Shown: piece after piece, positions 60,276 through 64,000 of the stretch | How the letters are laid out: each line of letters opens with the position of its first letter | Position numbering within the stretch: the first letter of the stretch is position 1 | DNA from: a virus | Lineage: Duplodnaviria > Caudoviricetes | IMG/VR virus record: IMGVR_UViG_3300028048_000123 | Span: 12,465 to 76,464 of that record | Direction: 5' to 3' (one strand) | Length of the DNA: 64,000 nucleotides | The notes under the pieces: model-generated | Databases searched by the model: none | The model's input: the letters and a program-made list of their open reading frames with translations, nothing else | Told to the model about the DNA's origin: nothing | Translations under genes and position numbers: made by a program

Positions 60276-61292
60276 TTATTTTCTGTTCTCTCTGAACTCT
60301 TTACGCTTTGCATCTATTTCTTCTTTGTGTGCTAGATAAAATTCATGCACTCTTCTGCAGGTTTCTCTAAACTGGTCCTCTTCGTCTGCTTTCTTCTTGC
60401 GAGCTGCTGCACTATTATAGCCACGCATATAGTCTTCGTCAGCTGCATCTTCACATAATTTGCCTTCCCAGGCATCATTATTACCTCTAGCCCAGTTTTC
60501 TAAGCGTTGAATCTCGTAGATTTCATCTAATTCATTAAATATATTGTCTTTCATTTCAGCACCTCTCATATTATTATACGATACAGACTCATTAAATTTT
60601 AGATCTTGAACATATTTATTAGCCTTTTTCATAAATTCATCAAAATCTACATCTGCATTTTTTTGGCCTGCGTTCTTAGTGTAGGCGTGCACTAAATGAA
60701 TTGTTTTGTCAATAAGTAAGCCGTATACCCTATATTGTGCTCTATCAGAAGATTTTACTTTAATTTCTATTACTGTAGTCCCTTTTGGTGGCTTAATTGG
60801 ACTGTTTCCTTTATACTTTTTAGGACTACAAATTACGCCCTTTTTGTTTAATGTTATGTCTGACCCTGACTTAGTTAAGGTATTAATAAGCTTATTAGCT
60901 TCTTGCTCGCCTAAACTTTCTATGTCAGCACAAATTGTTTTTAAGTTCTTTAGTACATTTGGTGTTTTGTCCCAAATATCAGCTGCATTAGACTCATCTA
61001 CAACACTTAAGATTTTTGTACTTTCAGTAGTTGTAGATATTGGCGCTACAAAAGGTAAATAATCTAAAGCTTTATCTAAACTGTAATTATGTAAAATATC
61101 TATTATTTGTTCTGCTGAATAACCTTTTGGCAAATCATATTCGGCCTCAAGCTGTTTCGGAGCTTCGTCTTCAATAATATTTATATAAATATCAGCAGCA
61201 TCTTCAGCAGTAGAGTTATCAAGAGCATCTAATTTGTTTGCTATTGGCTTCCAAAATGCTTTAATGTTTTCTTCTGTAAATGGTTTTTTCAT
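60276..61292 (-). CDS. Multidomain protein with a central RelE/ParE (Gp49-like) domain
   Basis: IEIKVKSSDRAQYRVYG...IHLVHAYTKNAGQK matches the RelE-family ELR...YR...LH.F.KK pattern. Confidence 0.55.
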   Translation of the reverse strand: MKKPFTEENIKAFWKPIANKLDALDNSTAEDAADIYINIIEDEAPKQLEAEYDLPKGYSAEQIIDILHNYSLDKALDYLPFVAPISTTTESTKILSVVDESNAADIWDKTPNVLKNLKTICADIESLGEQEANKLINTLTKSGSDITLNKKGVICSPKKYKGNSPIKPPKGTTVIEIKVKSSDRAQYRVYGLLIDKTIHLVHAYTKNAGQKNADVDFDEFMKKANKYVQDLKFNESVSYNNMRGAEMKDNIFNELDEIYEIQRLENWARGNNDAWEGKLCEDAADEDYMRGYNSAAARKKKADEEDQFRETCRRVHEFYLAHKEEIDAKRKEFRENRK

Positions 61293-61294
61293 TT

Positions 61295-63319
61295 TTACTC
61301 CACAATAATTATTGTTCCATCTGGAAGTCTATATTCGCCAGCATCTAATGTTCCAACATCAGTATCAGCAGCAATAACTTTAATAGCACTTACTGAAACT
61401 GTAATCTCAATGCTGTCAACTTTAATCTTGGTTGTTTCAGCTGTAAGTTCTCCAACAACCTTAATAGTTCCATTTTCAACAATAATATTATCATCTGTAA
61501 TATCTTCTATTTTAGCGAAGTCTTCAAGCTTAACACCTGTAATTTCTTCACCTGTTATTAAGTTCTTTGTGCTAATAGTAATGTCTAAATCTTTAGCTGT
61601 GCCATCAATATATACAAGACCATTAACTGTAGCTTCTGTAATAACTATTGGATCACCAGCATCATATAGCTTCTTTTCTTGTCTGCCATTAAAAAAGCTC
61701 TTTTCACCTGAAGTAATCTTAGCTACACTATATAAGAACTTAGCATCATAATAAATGCCGCCCTCAAAATAATAGCCATATACAGCTGAAATATCATCTT
61801 CTGTTAAATTTGTTGTTCCAATAGTTCCATAAATCTTGTTATAGTTGCCAACTTCAGCACCGATACCTACAGAAATAACACCACCTAATAGATCAAACTT
61901 GATGGTTGCATTAACGCCTAAGTAGATAGCTGCATTTCCATCAAAGTATATAGTTGCAGCATCAAAAGATAAACCTTGTGTTTCTGTAATATTAGCTGTT
62001 TTTTCATCTGTAGCAGGGTTATACTTGATTTCTGCTTTAAAGCCAGAAGTTGCTGAAGCTTCTACACCTAATTTGCCTGAGAAAGCTAAGTCTAAAGCTG
62101 CATTTACTTGGAAGCTTACATCAGCTACACCATTGCCAATTGGAACTACCCAATTGAATACTGGAATAGTAACAATATCTTCATTGCTATTTTGAACTAG
62201 TGCTCTAATCTTTGTTATAATAGCATCTAATTCTGAACCTTCGCTAACTGCTACACCATCTTTAAGTTCTACATTAAATGTTAGTGTATTTTTGAAATCA
62301 GCTATAATACCAATATTGCTATTTTTACCGATAACAGCTCCAATGTTGATATCAGTTTCAACATTAACTTGTGAATCAATAGTAAATGTTAAGATTAGGT
62401 CTAAAGCATTAATACCATCTTTCTCACCTAAAACATCATTAACTGTAATTGCAATGCTTAGTCTAACTGTATCATCTGTTAGCTTATTAGCATCTACTCT
62501 AACTGGTCCAACATCAAAGCCAGCACATGATACTAAGCTAACTATCTTATCAGCTGCTTCTTCTGCTGTATCAAATTTTACACTACCTTCTTCTAAATTA
62601 GCTTTTGAAGTGGCCTTTAATGTATTATATACTTTTTCATAATCAGGTAATACATATGATACCTTATTAGTACCAGGAGTATTTGTATTTGCTACACCAG
62701 CTACTTGATATGCTTTTTTACCAGTATAGATAATATCACCCATAGCTAATTCTTTATCTATTAGTGTAGAAACTACATCAGCATCATATTGGAAAGTATT
62801 TAAGTTGCCATTTGAAGTAAAGTTAGACAAATATGCTTCGTCTAATTCAATAACATTAGCACCTAAATCTCTTGTAGAAATTTCATCTGATGTAATTAAT
62901 AGCCTTACAAGTCTGCTGTCTATCACTTTTGTATTATCATTAGGGTCTACAACAGATAATCTCTCATCTGTTAATTTAAGAGTATAATTAGCACCTAGCA
63001 CAAAATTTGGATAAGTAATAATCTTAAATTGATTACCACCAATTGGAATCGCATCTATTTGAACATTACCTTTTCCAGTTTGATTCAAGCTAAGTCCAGC
63101 TATTACTTCACTTCTATCCATTGATTCAGAAGCTGTAATTATAATACGATCGTTCTGATTAATGCTAGTTGTTTTATTAATTCTAAAAGATGAACCTTTA
63201 GTGCCCTCTTCAATAGTGTTTGTGTTATTAGTATCATTTGCTGCACATGAAATTAAGCAAGTAGTTAAGCATACTAACAGCATAAGCACTAAAATTACTG
63301 ACAATAGTTTCTTATTCAT
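61295..63319 (-). CDS. Large predicted lipoprotein, beta-rich
   Basis: MNKK + hydrophobic stretch + lipobox LISC; 674 aa. Confidence 0.7.
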   Translation of the reverse strand: MNKKLLSVILVLMLLVCLTTCLISCAANDTNNTNTIEEGTKGSSFRINKTTSINQNDRIIITASESMDRSEVIAGLSLNQTGKGNVQIDAIPIGGNQFKIITYPNFVLGANYTLKLTDERLSVVDPNDNTKVIDSRLVRLLITSDEISTRDLGANVIELDEAYLSNFTSNGNLNTFQYDADVVSTLIDKELAMGDIIYTGKKAYQVAGVANTNTPGTNKVSYVLPDYEKVYNTLKATSKANLEEGSVKFDTAEEAADKIVSLVSCAGFDVGPVRVDANKLTDDTVRLSIAITVNDVLGEKDGINALDLILTFTIDSQVNVETDINIGAVIGKNSNIGIIADFKNTLTFNVELKDGVAVSEGSELDAIITKIRALVQNSNEDIVTIPVFNWVVPIGNGVADVSFQVNAALDLAFSGKLGVEASATSGFKAEIKYNPATDEKTANITETQGLSFDAATIYFDGNAAIYLGVNATIKFDLLGGVISVGIGAEVGNYNKIYGTIGTTNLTEDDISAVYGYYFEGGIYYDAKFLYSVAKITSGEKSFFNGRQEKKLYDAGDPIVITEATVNGLVYIDGTAKDLDITISTKNLITGEEITGVKLEDFAKIEDITDDNIIVENGTIKVVGELTAETTKIKVDSIEITVSVSAIKVIAADTDVGTLDAGEYRLPDGTIIIVE

Positions 63320-63352
63320 ATAATTTCTCCTTATGAAATTTTGTGGTTACTA

Positions 63353-63364
63353 TATAATTTAGCA
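63353..63364 (-). promoter_or_regulatory. GCTAAATTA element
   Basis: TGCTAAATTATA upstream of the lipoprotein gene; a -10 promoter lies just upstream at 63379-63392. Confidence 0.55.
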
Positions 63365-63432
63365 AAAAAATAACCTACTATATTATACAATATAATAGGC
63401 TAAAAAATAATATTATTTAAAGTTGTTGCAGT

Positions 63433-63771
63433 TTATTTGTCAAATTTTGCTATAATTTGCTTATCAAAAGCACCTCTTTCTATAAGTTTTTTATTATAAG
63501 CATCCAATATATTAGCTACTGAAACATCTAACTCTTTATAATTATTTTTAATTATAGCTATCATAACTGTTAGTACATCAGCAGCTTCTTCAACTGCATC
63601 ATAATCTACATGGTCATCATTACAAACACTTTGCGTAAATTCATTAAACTCTTCTGATAGCTTTTCCCACAAAGCATCTTTAAATTCAGCTTCATTGGCT
63701 ATTCTATAGTTGCATTTAACTCCTGCTGCTTCCATAATTTCTGGTATTCTATCTCTAACTAACTTTTCCAT
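63433..63771 (-). CDS. MazG-like nucleotide pyrophosphohydrolase (PRA-PH-like)
   Basis: KLVRDRIP, KLSEEFNE, EEAADVLTV, ERGAF. Confidence 0.75.
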   Translation of the reverse strand: MEKLVRDRIPEIMEAAGVKCNYRIANEAEFKDALWEKLSEEFNEFTQSVCNDDHVDYDAVEEAADVLTVMIAIIKNNYKELDVSVANILDAYNKKLIERGAFDKQIIAKFDK

Positions 63772-64000
63772 TATTTTATCCTCTCATATGTGCAGTATCT
63801 TGTCATATATTCATTGTCTTCAACTGGGGCTTCTTCTTCAACAAGTCTCCAATCTGGATCTGCGTCTAAATTTGGAAAGTCTACTTCTCCAAAGCCATCA
63901 GCATCAACCTTAGTAATATAAGCTAAATCACAATAAGGTAGCATAGATTTATAGAACATAGCTCCACCTATAATAAATATATTACTACCATGTCTTGATA
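63771..64000 (-). CDS. folA: Dihydrofolate reductase, C-terminal part (5' end beyond the window)
   Basis: NIFIIGGAMFYKSML, YITKVD, DFPNLD. Confidence 0.88.
   Translation of the reverse strand, partial: SRHGSNIFIIGGAMFYKSMLPYCDLAYITKVDADGFGEVDFPNLDADPDWRLVEEEAPVEDNEYMTRYCTYERIK

Noticed and set aside
168-63913. All plus-strand ORFs in the track (e.g. 21716..22588, 9103..9660, 23641..24174, 14103..14414)
   Set aside because: They are antisense shadows of minus-strand genes. They are Ser/Leu/Phe-rich because of acidic or Lys-rich sense codons, and have no RBS or motifs.
1-64000. tRNA (including Trp-UCA suppressor), rRNA, integrase or att sites
   Set aside because: No cloverleaf/T-loop signature or recombinase gene was recognised by eye; tRNAscan-SE/ARAGORN would be needed to exclude them.

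Overview
AT-rich segment of a large tailed-phage genome with T4-like head genes. Every credible gene is on the minus strand. From left to right: two BspA-type LRR genes and small accessory ORFs; endonuclease + DNA methyltransferase; head module (gp23-like major capsid, gp21-like protease fused to scaffold, portal, large terminase); a block of probably virion-associated enzymes (SWIM-like Zn finger, nucleotidyltransferase, VWA/metallopeptidase/MoxR-type AAA+); topA; degenerate deformylase; SbcCD; a bacterial-type clamp loader (delta, delta', DnaX); ClpP, RecA, RecU, DnaN; a family A DNA polymerase in five pieces; SSB, primase, DnaB, DnaC, dUTPase; a RelE-like fusion, a large lipoprotein, a MazG-like protein and DHFR. 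Three main observations. (1) TGA is read as Trp (code 4): about 35 in-frame TGAs (hand count) join fragments of the supplied ORF track into full genes, several align with TGG-coded Trp in paralogs inside this window, and every minus-strand gene end checked is TAA or TAG. TGA is absent from the core replication genes. (2) polA is interrupted exactly in motifs A and B by 7-nt and 10-nt TAGG-initiated inserts. Each insert follows a mini-ORF with a near-identical strong Shine-Dalgarno/TAATG restart. (3) A stand-alone paralog of an internal segment of the capsid protein sits in the replication region. A recurrent GCTAAATTA element looks like a phage late promoter. No tRNA, rRNA or CRISPR array was recognised. 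All annotation is by eye, without database searches.
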